Shown: piece after piece, positions 26,106 through 40,405 of the stretch
Numbering within the stretch: the stretch's first letter is position 1
Layout of the letters: the number at the start of each line of letters is the position of its first letter
Assembly (NCBI RefSeq): GCF_006345805.1
Contig: NW_021832035.1
Span: 1-64,000 of the forward strand
DNA length: 64,000 nucleotides
Reading direction: 5' to 3'
Origin: Octopus sinensis
Taxonomy: Eukaryota
The notes under the pieces: generated by a model
What the model was told of the DNA's origin: nothing
What the model saw: the letters and a program-made list of their open reading frames with translations, nothing else
The model's database searches: none
Translations under genes and position numbers: made by a program

Positions 26106-26148
26106 CTTTTGTTATATTTCTGCTGCTTTTAAATAAAGTACATATTAG

Positions 26149-26237
<89 letters not shown>

Positions 26238-26253
26238 TAGTATATGTATATAT

Positions 26254-26287
<34 letters not shown>

Positions 26288-26963
26288 ATAATATATATAT
26301 ATATATTGTGTGAGTATACATGTCAATGAATATACACACATACAAACACACAAGCGCGCACACACACATATATAAGTAGTAATACGTAATAAAATGTGTT
26401 GAAAACTTCGACTGAGATCATTTTTGCGATGAGAAACTAAAACCTCCCTCAACCGTTGTGTCAGATCTGAAAGCTGCCAGCAAAGGGGGATAACTCTAAT
26501 ACTATCACTGAAGATAAACAACAAAGCAGTAGTTAGTGGTGGATAACAATGATGCGTGCATAGAATATAGTCAACATAGATACAGACAGATTAGACAGGC
26601 GCACAGTGACATCTGTCTGGCTGGCTCAAGAGAGAGAGAGGCAGGGACAGAGAGGCAGAGACAAAGAAAGAGAGAGATGCGCATACCGGTGGAGAACGGC
26701 GAAACGGTTCACTGTTTCTGGCTTTACAAGCAAAAATTAAAAAACAAAAACATTTACAATGATAATGATGATAAGAATGGTGATGATGATGATGATGATG
26801 ATGATGGGGATAAGGTTGTGTGTCACATGAATGATTGTGGGCGAGATTGCGGGTTTTGTTGCGCTTTTACAAGAAGATTGGAATCATCCAGCGATTAGTA
26901 ATGAAAATGAGGAGAATCGTGATGAAGCGCTTATAGTAGTATGGGTTATGAATAATGAGTTAG

Positions 26964-27012
<49 letters not shown>

Positions 27013-27925
27013 GAGAGTGTGTGAGTAAAAGAGAACGAAAGAGACTTGGAGATATAGGCGCAATTGAAAGAGTGTAGCAAAAACGGTAAAAGCTAAAATA
27101 TATGTGCGTGTGTGCGTGTGTGTGTGTGTACGATTACACACTCACACACAGTTGCATAATTACATGTATGTATGTATGTATGTATGTATGTATGTATGTG
27201 TGTGTATATATATATATATAACATAATATACTGGATAGTATATATATATATATATCATATATACTTTATAGAACATCTCTATATATATATACAAAATGTA
27301 TTGGGCATGTGTGTTCTACAAATACTACACACACAAACATATATATATAGATAGATAGATAGATATACACACACACACACATATCATATTAAATGTATAT
27401 TATATTGTATCCTCTACGTGTGTACATATGTACAAGTATATAACATATTTGTACATATATGCATATCTATATATCATATACGTATAATATTGTGCATGTA
27501 TATATATTTATGTACATATACACATGTACAAACACACACACATATATACATACAGTTGTGTGTATAGAATATATGTATATGTCTACAAGTGTGCGTGTGT
27601 GCGTGAGAGTGGGGAGATAAGGGGAGAAATGTGGGAGAAAAGCGTGAATAAAAGTAAAATAAAGAAGGAACTATGAACATGAAAAATGGAGGTGGTTGAC
27701 AGCGAAATTGAAAGAATGAATGAATGAAAGAAAAAGGAAGAAAGAATGAATGAAAGAAAGAAAGAAAATGAAGGAGAGAAGATTCCAGAGATGAACAGAT
27801 GTGTGTGTGTATGTGTGTATATCTGTGTCTGTGCGTGAAAAAGCAACAATAACGGAACAAAGAATGGTATATATATATATATATAGATAGATAGATAGAT
27901 AGATAGGTTGATAGATAGATTGATT

Positions 27926-27991
<66 letters not shown>

Positions 27992-28010
27992 CATATATAA
28001 AAACTTACTA

Positions 28011-28046
<36 letters not shown>

Positions 28047-28203
28047 TATTTATATGTATATGTATATAAGTAAATATATGTGAGCGCGCCTATTTTATAG
28101 TGTGTTATCTGTATGAGAATGTCAATGTGTGTACGTATCTGCGTGTATATATCTATGTATATATATGTGTGTTTGTATAAGGAAAACTGAATATGTTTGT
28201 ATG

Positions 28204-28242
<39 letters not shown>

Positions 28243-28974
28243 GAATGTGTTTGTGTGTGCATGTGTATGTATGAGTATGTGAGTGAGTGTAGTGAGTGTA
28301 GTGAATGCGTGTGTATAGCAGCCGCGCTGCTACATGTTCGATGAAGGAAGCAGCGCTGTTATCTCCTGTTCGAAATAGCAGCGACGATTGGCGGTGGTGG
28401 TGGTGCCGCTAGTGTCAACACACCACGACCATCACCCACGACATCGACAACAGTGAGTGACGTCGTCGACGAACAACGACGACACGCGGGAGCTTGGTAT
28501 CACGAAATCTCGTCGTGACAGGGCGACGGCCATGGATGCAAGAGTGTTGCTGCTGTTCACTTTACAACAACAACACCAGCAACAACTACAAGAAGAAGAA
28601 CAACAACAACAGCAACAACAGCAGCAGCAGCACCAGAAGCAACGACCATGCCGACCAGAACTCCCTCTTCTTCTTCCTCTTCCTCTGCCTCCAGCTCTAT
28701 CAAAACAAGAACAACATTTGCAGCAATGCCACCAGGTCTCTCATCATCATCATCATCATCGCCGTCTTCATCTCCTTCATCGATGTCGTTATCACGATCT
28801 TTATCAACAGCAGCTGAAAGGATCAAAGTTTTTGCCACAATGGATTATTACTATCATTATTATTATTATTAATGTTTTCGTTTCGCTTCTTATTAAATCC
28901 ACAACTGCGAACTAGCACCACCGCTGCTACGACTACAAATATATAAAACTACTATTACTTCTACTACTACCACC

Positions 28975-29017
<43 letters not shown>

Positions 29018-29874
29018 TTACTTCTACTACCACCACCACCACCACCACCACTACTACTACTACTGCTACTACCACCACCACCACCACCACTACTGCTACT
29101 ACTACTACTACAGCAACCATGTTTTGGTGAATGACGGTCGGGATGAGTTTTGTTACTGTCGCACTTGCCACTCTGATCGACGACAACAACAACAACAACT
29201 GCAATATCATTAACAAGTACAACAACAACAACAGCAACAACAACATATACTACAACCGCAGCTACAGCATCATCTACAACACTACCATCAACAGCAACAG
29301 CATCGAGTACATCAGCTGTAATGACAGTAGCAACAGCTGTATTTCATACATACCACCACAACCAGCAGCGACACCACCACCATCAGCATCTTCTCCATCG
29401 TTACCATCTTCATCACCATCATCATCATCATCATCTCCAGCATCTCTTCAACTGTGTCTCGTTTCCTTCGACACTTTCATATCTATCTACTTATTTACTT
29501 CCTTCTCCTTTATCTTCGAATCGTTCAAACACCTTGTTTCCATATAAAATAATATAACATAAATAATATATTACGAATACAACATGAGAGAATGTCATAT
29601 AACAATCATATAACATATAATATAATACAACATAGCACGATATGAGTCCACACAGCACGATATGAAACAACATAATACAATATGATTTAATACAATACAA
29701 TATGATATCAATTAATTACACTATGGTATAGTACAATATATTACAATTTAATGTAAAATATAACCAAACGTTTGTATTATTTTTGTACTGTTCTTTTGGG
29801 GGAATCAAAGCCCTTACTAATTCCATTGATCCTAAACTTGCAGAAAAACAATGTAAAGAGAAAGCGCATATACG

Positions 29875-29980
29875 GATCTTATATATATATACATAGGGAA
29901 AACAGATCTTATATATATATATATATATATATATACATAGGGAAAACAGATCTTATATATATATATATACATAGGGAAAA
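29875..29980. repeat. Three copies of ACATAGGGAAAACA(GATCTTATA) separated by (TA)n
   Basis: Direct reading. Confidence 0.9.
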
Positions 29981-32769
29981 CAAAAGAACGAAGGGAAAAT
30001 GCGAGAGTGAAAGTAGAGTGTAAAAAAAGAATCAAAGCGAAAGTAGGAAAAAAAAGGGGGGAAAGAAGGAAAAAAAAAAAGATTGGAAGTTAGAAAGAGA
30101 AAGGGAGAGAGATCGAAAAAGAAAACGTAGAAGTGTGGTGGGGAAAAAAAAAGAGTGGAAGAGTGTGTATGAGAGAGAGAGAGAGAGAGAGCAAAATATC
30201 AAAAGAAAACGAAAGGAAGGGCGATCGTGATTTTTCGTTAAAGACGGAAACGCAGAGATAATTGACGAGTTGTAAATCAATTTTTGATTCGTGTATAAGT
30301 AATTGTTGTTGTTGTTGCTGCTATTATTGTTATAGTCTATCCCTCCCTCCCGCCCGCCTTCCTTCTCCCACTCTCTCTCTTTCACTCAGTTTTTTTTTTT
30401 TTGTTTTTTGGCTTTTATTACATGTTGCGCCTCGTAAACTTTTTATACGCGAGAAGTAGTCGAGGTTTGATCTTTGCACTCGACAAACACGCATCTTTAG
30501 GTTTGCATTATACATACACCCGCGTGTGCACAAACACACACACACACACACACATGTAATATATATAGCTGTCATTGTCATAATCATCGCCACCATCATC
30601 ATCATCATCGACAACATCCACAACTGTTGTATATGAACAACAACAACAGTATCATTTAAATCCTCTACATACATCCTTGCATTGTTTAACTCCGGTCTTC
30701 GTGCGTATAAAAATCCAGTCTCTGTGTAAGTGAATATATTCATACATACATATAACCATACATACATACACATATATACTCATATATATAATATATACAG
30801 TATACATATATATATATATATATATAGCATAACATACATACACACATATATATATACATATTTGTATAATATATAATATACATATGTATATACGCACACA
30901 TGCTTGTATAATTATCCGGGAATGATTGAATGGCGAAAGTGAAAGTAGAAGTCGTTAGCGAGTAAAAAGCGCACCACCACCACCAATAACAACAGCAACA
31001 ACAATACTATAACAATTATAACCATTCTGACGAAGTAAGCAAAAGCCTTTGAGATAGTATTTTCCTTCACATCGACGTGAATTACAACATCAACAAGAAG
31101 TAGCAGCAGCAACAGCAGCAGCAGCAACAGCAGCAGCAGCAGTAATAACAGTTACAGTAGCAACAGAGGCACTAGCAGCAGCAGCAGCAGCACTCATCTA
31201 TAACAGCAGCAGCAGCAGTAACAACTACTACAACAACAACAACCACAACAAATTGACTGTGTACAAGTACAGCAACAAGTGGTCACAAGAGAAGCAACAA
31301 TAAATGCAAAAGACGAAATAACGTTTTTTTTCAAAAAAAACAACATATTTCCCATATATTTGCCACAAGGACAACACAGTCATAATATTACTGTACAATG
31401 CAATATTGAAAAAAAAAATTTTAATATTTACAACAACTAAAAAAATAATAAAAATAAAAAAATTATAAATTGCAGAGAAAATTTTAGCACTGTGAGATAC
31501 CACACACAAATATATATTAATTTTATGTATGTATATATATGTATATATATATATATAGCAAAATAAAAAATTGTGCTAACTATTGTTAGTGTATTAACAA
31601 CAATAACAATAATTTAAAAAATGGTGATTAAATATATCAGGTGATTAGATAATAATTAATTGTAACATTGATAAAATACAAAAAAAAAAAGCTAAAAATT
31701 GACGCCGGAAAAAGCTAGAAAGAGAAAGAAAAAAGAAGGTTTCTGAGAAGAAAAGTGTTTTGAAGCGTTATGGAATAACATGAACATTGAGGAGAAGAAG
31801 AAGAAGAAAAAGAAGAGGAAAAAGAACAGACACAATTAACCATACAGTGGATAATTACAATTGCGAAGGATTACCATAATTGTGGGAATAACAACAACAA
31901 CAACAACAACATCACAAATAACAACATATACACCAATAACGGGTGACAGCAGCAACAACGACAACAGCAACATGGGAAAAGATGATTTGTAAAATAATAA
32001 TTTTTTAAAAAAATACTGTGAAATATAATACACATAAGTATATAAAAATATAAAAGTGTGTAAAATATATAATGAAATATACCTACCATACATAGCCATA
32101 CATTTATATGTAATATACATACATAAATATACACATACATACATATATACATACATACAAACATACATATATATATACATACATACATACATACATATAT
32201 ATATATATTTTTACATGCATATATATATATATATATGTGTGTGTGTGTTAAACATCGGAGAAATTTCTTTAAAGAGAATGTAAATATTATACAAAGCCAA
32301 CAACTGCAACAACTATCCCCTTAATTTTTTCCTGCAAAATAACAACAACAACAACAACAACAACAATAATAATTAAATAATAATAATAATTCGTTCATAA
32401 TAATAATAATAATAATAATAAAAGAAGTAATAATTTCTAACGACATCATGAAAATTGCCAGCAGCGGAGTGTAACGGGAAATTTAGTTGTAATATTCAAA
32501 AATTGTGAATGACTTGAGGTCTTTCGATGTTATTGTTATGTTGTCAATATTGTTGATGCTGTTGCTGTTGCTATTGTTGTCTTTATTGTTACTATTGTTA
32601 TTATTACTGATATTGTCGCAACTAACGGTGCTCGTTTCGCTGAATCTCTTCAAAAAAATTATCAGAGGTCCACATCTGGTACTTATGTTGCAAGGTGTCT
32701 CAGGAATAAGTTAGAATAGAAGCGAAGCGAGAGAACCAGAAACCATGTAAACCAACACACCAACAAAAG

Positions 32770-32798
32770 AAGATAGAAATTACACCCACTACTATTAC

Positions 32799-32835
<37 letters not shown>

Positions 32836-33110
32836 ACTATTATAACTTATTATTTGTATTAAGTTATTATTAATATTATAACTCAGTATATTATTATTGA
32901 TATTATTATAACTTATAAAATATTACTAATATTATAATTATAACTTAGTATTATTATTGTTGTTGTTATTATTATTATTATTAACACTATTATAACTTAT
33001 TATTAATATTATAACTTAGTATATTATTATCGTTCTTATTATTATTGATATTATCATAACTTATAAAATATCATTAATATTATAATTATAACTTAGTATT
33101 ATTATTGTTG

Positions 33111-33147
<37 letters not shown>

Positions 33148-33290
33148 CACTATTATAACTTATTTATATTAACTTATTGTTAATATTATAACTTAGTAGT
33201 ATTATCATTGTTATTATTATAAATGTTATTATAACTTATTATTATAAAATATTATTATTAATATAATTATAACTTAGTATTATTATGTTG

Positions 33291-33327
<37 letters not shown>

Positions 33328-33520
33328 CACTATTATAACTTATTTATATTAACTTATTGTTAATATTATAACTTAGTAGTATTATCATTGTTATTATTAT
33401 AAATGTTATTATAACTTATTATTATAAAATATTATTATTAATATAATTATAACTTAGTATTATTATTGTTGTTGTTATTATTATTATTATTATTATTATT
33501 GCTGTTACTGTTGTTATATT
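32770..33520. repeat. AT-only minisatellite with a 180 bp higher-order duplication
   Basis: 33121-33240 is identical to 33301-33420. Confidence 0.9.
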
Positions 33521-34880
33521 ATCATTATTGCAGTTTATTTGTACACAGTATTTGTTGACAAATATTTATATTTTTGTGCATATATATATATACACCCATA
33601 TACACCCCCACACATACAAATATATATATACATATACACACATATATACACACATACACACAAATATAAGTGTTTGTGATAAGCCATTTGTCTTTCCTTG
33701 TTGTTGTTGCTATTACTGTTATTGTTGTTTTTCAAAGCCAACACAAAACTTTCTATACTTGTGATAGCCAATGCCTGACTCCATGTGCTATAATTAACAT
33801 ACACATACATACAAATACACACACATGCATACATATATATAAATATATTTATATACATATATCTACATATATATATATATATATATCACTCAGGCACTCA
33901 AAGATACACACACAAATACACGCATATACTGCTGTAAATGCATATTTAGATACATCTGCAATTGTTATTTATACATAAATATACATATATATTTATATAT
34001 GTATATAAATAGAAGGGGCAGGCAAAAGGTTGCTTAGCCGCAGTCGGAGACTGTTTATTTCTATTTTCTACAAGTGGGGTTCCACATACGACATAACCCT
34101 GCAATTCACATATGCAAAAAACATATGTATATATTTATATATATCTGTATGCATACGTAAGTGTTGCATTATAGGCGTACATATGAATGATACCAAGGCT
34201 GGGTAACAACTGGCAGATGTATCTACAAAGAACTGGCAAACCATTGTGAAAAAAAAAAGGGGGGAAAAAAACAACAACAACAACAAACAAACAAGCAAAT
34301 AAAAGGAAAAAAAATAGACAAAGGAAGAATTTCCATTGTTGTAAACCAGTAACTCTACAGCCATAGCAAATGGTCCAGTAACACTGACCGTTTTGCTCGA
34401 CTGCCTCAAACAGACAACGAACACCTGAGAGAAACTGACTATTTTAATGCTAATTAATATCGCTTCTTGATTCAAATGCCGTGTTGATATTTCATAAATT
34501 TTACTTTCTGAAGAACACACACCTGTGTACTCTAGTGTACATTTGTGTACATACACACCCACATATATTTATATATATATATATATACATATATACATGC
34601 ATATATAAATATACATATATATATATACACATATACATATATATATATATTTATATTTATATTTATATATATATATATGTATATGCATATTTATATATAA
34701 AGAGATAGATTGATATATATGAATTGATATATATATATATATATATATTTCTGCTAGATATTTTATGTATATATACGCTATATATTTATACTCATCATTT
34801 CCCTGTGATCTCAGTGTGTCTGTGCTAAGCTTTGAGTATGCTTATATGAACCGTGTGAAATTGCCATCACTTCTACCGTG

Positions 34881-35922
34881 ATGGCTTTCAATGGTAGCAG
34901 CGCTGTCACAGCGGCTGCCGTAGTTGCTGCTGTAGTTGCTGCTGTCACAACAACAACATCAACAATAACAACAACAACTACTACTACTACAACAACCACG
35001 ATTACTTCGGCTGCGATTGCAACAACAACAACGCACCCCCTCCTGTTGTCGACGGTGCGTAATAATAGTTTGCTCATGGACAATTCCCGAGACACTCGGG
35101 TTCCGTTGAACGGAGAGGGAGTACCTGCAACAGGTATTGTCCAATCTGGAGAACCAACTTCTACTATGTCAAATTCTGACGCTGGTTATGGACTCCGCCA
35201 CCCCTGGTGGCCAGCGGTTAGCGTTGCAATCTCTATGACTGTGTTCCTCTGTATATCTTTTATGCGACATCACAGAAAGTTCCAACAGAAACGTCGAGCC
35301 CTCATCGAATACATGGAGTACGAACTGTTAAGGAACGCTTCCTTCAGCGCAGGAAGCTTACCGTCACCATCAACAAGGCCAGCAACGCCTCACGGGGAAG
35401 TGTCTCCGAGGGGTGTACCCACACACATTCCATCACATCATCACACGTCATCATCATCATCAACATCAGCAGCCGGTCATGGTGATGGTGCATCCCATCA
35501 GCATCACCATCATCATCATCATCACCACAACCAACAACAGAAAGATTCACATCAGCACAACAACCATCACACTAGTAGCCACCACCATCATCATGCATCC
35601 GAAAATTTAGCTTCCGTTGCAAACTCTTCAGAAAGAAAGAGGTTCGGCAATGTCAAACACAATGGGCCAAGCCAGCAAGTAGCCCTTAACGGTTACCCAA
35701 GTAAATTCATTCAACGATTCTTACAACCAAATGTCTTTCCTGCCAGTGGATTTGAGAGTACTTCGAATTTCACAGAATCCACATGCTGCGAACTTTCAAA
35801 GGATTTTTGTGATCATCCATTGGACAGAAAAGGGTCTGTACAAACTGGGTTCCAATCACGGAAAGGAAGTAGGAAATATCAGCAAACAAGATCACGCAAT
35901 GACGACAAGTCAGGAGTATACC
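34881..35922 (+). CDS. Coding exon of an uncharacterised single-pass membrane protein (Thr/Ala-rich ectodomain, His-rich cytoplasmic tail)
   Basis: Longest non-artefactual ORF; ATG in GTGATGG context; sequons NGS and NNS before TM WWPAVSVAISMTVFLCISFM (35205-35264), followed by basic RHHRKFQQKRR; consensus donor CC|GTAAGT at 35922/35923 (unspliced ORF would stop at 35972); possible acceptor at 34814. Confidence 0.7.
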
Positions 35923-36386
35923 GTAAGTATCAAGTTCTGCTGTTTACCAATTCCTTCTGTATATTAATGTAAACTCTTTTGATTCGGTGTGTCACTCATA
36001 ATACTCAAAGAACACAACTGATTCTTTTTCTGACTTTCCAACTTATCTTTGAGATGTGCCACAACTATGGATATTCCATGAGGTTTGACAAGTTATTCCA
36101 TTCTTTCCTTTTATATATATATATATATTCACTTTATTTCTACTTCATTATATAGTTATTACTATTATTATTATTACTATTATCATTATTATTATTATTA
36201 TTATTATTGATTTTCCTTTTGCTATTCTTGCGCTTATTCTATCATTACATACACACACTCATGGATATGCATACACATATATACACATATATATATGTAT
36301 GTATATATATATATATACATACACAAATACACTCATATTTATATACATATACAAATATATTTATTCATATAAATATACATATACAT

Positions 36387-36460
<74 letters not shown>

Positions 36461-37125
36461 GCATATATATACATATACATATATATGTATGTATGTATAT
36501 ATAATACACATATGTACTTGCATCTTGCATATTCATATATATTTTCATATACATACATGTATATATATATATTTATATATGTATATATATAGATATATAA
36601 TCATATATATATATATATAATATATATATATATATGTACATAAATATATATATATATATATGCATACACTCACACACACACACAAACAGACATGTATATA
36701 AGAAAACTGTCATGTTGGCAAAGTTTATTATAGTATTAAAACATAGATTGTTTGTACACCCAGTGAATAAAACTCAAGAAAGCACTTTTAGTGAATAATG
36801 TCAATTGTATTATAAAACATATATATATAGCTAGTAGTGCATTTGGAACATCATTTATATATATATATATATATATAAACATATATGCACTTGGTAAAAT
36901 AGTATGCAGTATCTTCATGAAGTAAACCTATAGAGTTAAACTTCCATTTTACAGTTTATGGTATGCTGTTACTTGTGAGTAATGTGCCTTCACCTTACCA
37001 TTATTTATGGGCAAAGGTATACTGTGAAGGGCAATCTGGAAGTATTACACTGCACACAGACACAGAGAGGCATAAATGTACACATACACCTTATATGCAT
37101 ATATATATAGATATATAATCATATA

Positions 37126-37246
37126 TTATAACAATAAGGGTTTTGCAACAAGCTGCTTGACCATATATTTTAGAAAATAGCAGCCAAATTTCTAAAGTTT
37201 TCTGTATGTGGTCAAGCAAGTTGTTGCAAAACCCTTATTGTTATAA
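37126..37246. repeat. Fold-back (inverted repeat) inside a (TA)n-flanked element
   Basis: TTATAACAATAAGGGTTTTGCAACAA..TTGACCA pairs with TGGTCAA..TTGTTGCAAAACCCTTATTGTTATAA. Confidence 0.85.
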
Positions 37247-37388
37247 TTATATATAAAAAAAAAGTTTCTGTATAAGTTTTTACCGAATATGGTCCTTTTC
37301 CATACCGAAATACTACTAGGTGAAATTTGTTGATTTTATTAAATTAATTATCTTTCACCCTATATCTGTAATGAGCATATATATATAT

Positions 37389-37422
<34 letters not shown>

Positions 37423-37737
37423 AAAAATATATATATATATATAATCATATATATATATATATATTAAAAAAAAATATATATATAATCATTATATATATAT
37501 GTATGTATATATATGTGTGTATTTATCACTCACCTTTCCATTTATGATCTATAATTCTCTTGTCTAATAATGTTGAAGTACTATAAATGAAATGCTTTGC
37601 CTTAACTCTTTCACTTGGCTTTGCTTTTGAACTCCAATCTTGCTGAAGTTGATTCCGTTAACTGCACACCTCTTCAATGAATTTTGTGATCTCATGTTGA
37701 TATAAGAAACCGTCATCATCATCATCACCACCTATAC

Positions 37738-37999
37738 TAATGGTTCTCTCAACTGGGATCTGTATGCCCCCTTGCGGTTCCATATAAGATTTTTTAAAAT
37801 TCATGCACGATAAATTGGTTATACATCTACACTACAAAAAATATTTTAGCAATTGTTTTTTTGTTTTTTTTTTTCATACAAAGACTAATAATGATTAATT
37901 ATAAAACATTTGACATTTTAGTCACCAAATGGCTAGGAGTGTTCATCTTGGTAAAATAAGAATCAAAGGGCCCATAGGCAAGAAATGATTGGGGAGCAC
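37738..37999. mobile_element. Possible old hAT MITE
   Basis: Degenerate ends TAATGGTTCTCTCAAC and GATTGGGGAGCACTG. Confidence 0.3.
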
Positions 38000-38479
38000 T
38001 GACCAATACTATAAAACAGCTTTAGGAGTACCAATCAAGTACCAATATAATTGAGTACCCCTTCTCTTGAAGCTCATGTTGGCAATACCAAATGGCTTGC
38101 TGGCTGACCTGTGAAATTTCAGGTTCCTCTGCTCAAGGCTTTAATTTCCACAGAACTTGGATTCATTCATCTTACTGTTACTGTTTCTAATGCTGTTTGA
38201 TGCAAAATGTCTTGACCTATTCACACCAATCTTTGCTTCTAGGTGCTTTTGTTTCAGCCTTTATCTCTTTAGATAATTCTCAGTTAACCAGGTTTTCTTA
38301 TCTGTTTTTTTATTATTATTTTGGTACTTTGTAACAATGCATTAGATTGCTAGGTCAATTTAGATGGATTTCAGGCTGATGGCAAAGCACATAACCCAAC
38401 CATCACCATATTTGCTTTGTTATTCATCCATCTATGATAGCAAGATGACAAAATCATAATCGCATATGTGCATTATAAA

Positions 38480-39400
38480 AAAATGCTTAATGGCAGAAAC
38501 GTTAGCATGCCGGGCGAAATGCTTAGCGGTATTTCGTCTGCTGCTACGTTCTGAGTTCAAATTCCGCCAAGATCGACTTTGCCTTTCACCCTTTCAGGGT
38601 CGATTAAATAAGTACCAGTTACGCACCGCGGTTGATATAATTGACTTAATCCGTTTGTCTGTCCTTGTTTGCTCTCTCTGTGTTTAGCCCCTTGTGGGTA
38701 GTAAAGAAATAGATATTTCATTTACCGTTACATTCTGAGTTCAAATTCCGCCTAGGTCGACTTTGCCTTTCATCCTTTCGGGGTCGATTAAATAAGTACA
38801 AATTATGCACTGGGGTTGATATAATTGACTTAATCCATTTCGCTGTCCTTGTTTGTCCTCTCTGTGTTTAGCCCCTTCTGGGTAGTAAAGAAATAGGTAT
38901 TTTTTCTGATATTTTCTATTCCAAGTTCAAATTCTGTTGAGGTTCATTTTATTGTTCATCCTTTCAAGGTCGATAAAATAGAGTTCCAATCAAGCACCAA
39001 GTCAAAATAATTGAGTACACCCCCTCCTCCAAAATTTCCATCCTTGTACCCACAGTAGACAGAGAATTATTCTTTCACCTAAGGTAGCAAGCTAGCAGAA
39101 TCAGAAGCATGATAGAAAAAATTCTTTGTGGCATTTCTTCTGGTTTTTCCATTCTGAGTTCAAATTCTGCTGAGGTCCATTTTGCTTTTCATCATTTTGG
39201 GGGTTGATAAAATAAAGTCCTGGGTCAATACAACTGACTTACTGCATCCTCTAAAATTGCTGGCCTTGTGACCAAACTTGAAACCGTTCCCTTTCATCCT
39301 TTTGAGGTTGATAAAATAAGTACCGTTTGAGCAGTAGGGTCAATATAATTGACTAGCCTCTACCCCAAAATAACTAGCCTTGCGCCAAGAATTTCGAGCC
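38480..39400 (+). mobile_element. SINE family B cluster (about five cores)
   Basis: Repeated TTCTGAGTTCAAATTC..CTTTCATCC cores. Confidence 0.85.
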
Positions 39401-39694
39401 ATTATTCATTCAACTATATAATCCATACTTTCATTATATCTCAGACCAATTCATTTCTCACAAAATTATACTTATGCCTTTTGATTCCAAAATATATATT
39501 AGAAATAAAAAAACACTATTATTTTCATTGTTATTAGTATTATCAACATGGTGACGAGCTGGCAGAAATGTTAGCATGCCGCGCGAAAATGCTTAGCGAT
39601 ATTTCGTCTGTCTTTGCATTCTGAGTTCAAATTCTGCCAAGGTTGACTTTGTCTTTCATCCTTTCAGGGTCAATAAATTAAGTACCTGTTGCAT

Positions 39695-40025
39695 ATGGCT
39701 CAGTGGTTAGAGCGTCGAGCTTACGATCGTGAGGTTGTGAGCTTGAATCCCGGACTGTGCTGCATATTGTGTTCTTGAACAAGACACTTTACTTCATGTT
39801 GCTCCAGTTCACCCAGCTGTAGAAATGAGTTGCAACGTCACTGGTGCCAAGCTGTATCAGCCCCCTTGCCTTTCCCTTGGATAACACTGGTGGTGTGGAG
39901 AGGGGAGGCCGGTATGCATGGGTGATTGTTGGTCTTCCATAAACAACCTTGCCTGGACTTGTGCCTGGGAGGGTAACTTTCTAGGTGAAATCCCATGGTC
40001 AGTCATGACTGAAGGGGGTCTCAGC
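39695..40025 (+). mobile_element. SINE family C, full length, inserted in a family B copy
   Basis: GCATATGGCTCAGTGGTTAGAGCG head, CTTGAACAAGACACTT core, tail ..GAAGGGGGTCTC. Confidence 0.85.
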
Positions 40026-40374
40026 AGTTGCGTACTAGGGTCGATCTAATTGACTGGACCCTCCAGAAAAATTTCGGGCCTTGTGCCTAGAATAGAGAAG
40101 GTGGTGAGATGGCAGAATCGTTAGCATGCTGGATGAAATGCTTAGTGGTATTTTGTCTGTCACTACGTCCTGAGTTCAAATTCCACTAAGGTTGACTTTA
40201 CCTTCCATCCCTTCGAGGTCGATAAATTAAGTACCAGTTGAGTACTGGGGTCAATGTGATTGATTGTCCCCCTCTTCACAAAATCCAGACTTTGTGCCAT
40301 TGTAGAAAGGGTTTTTATTATCATTGTTATTATTATCATTGTTATTATTATTGTTGTTGGTGTTGTTGTTGTTT

Positions 40375-40405
<31 letters not shown>

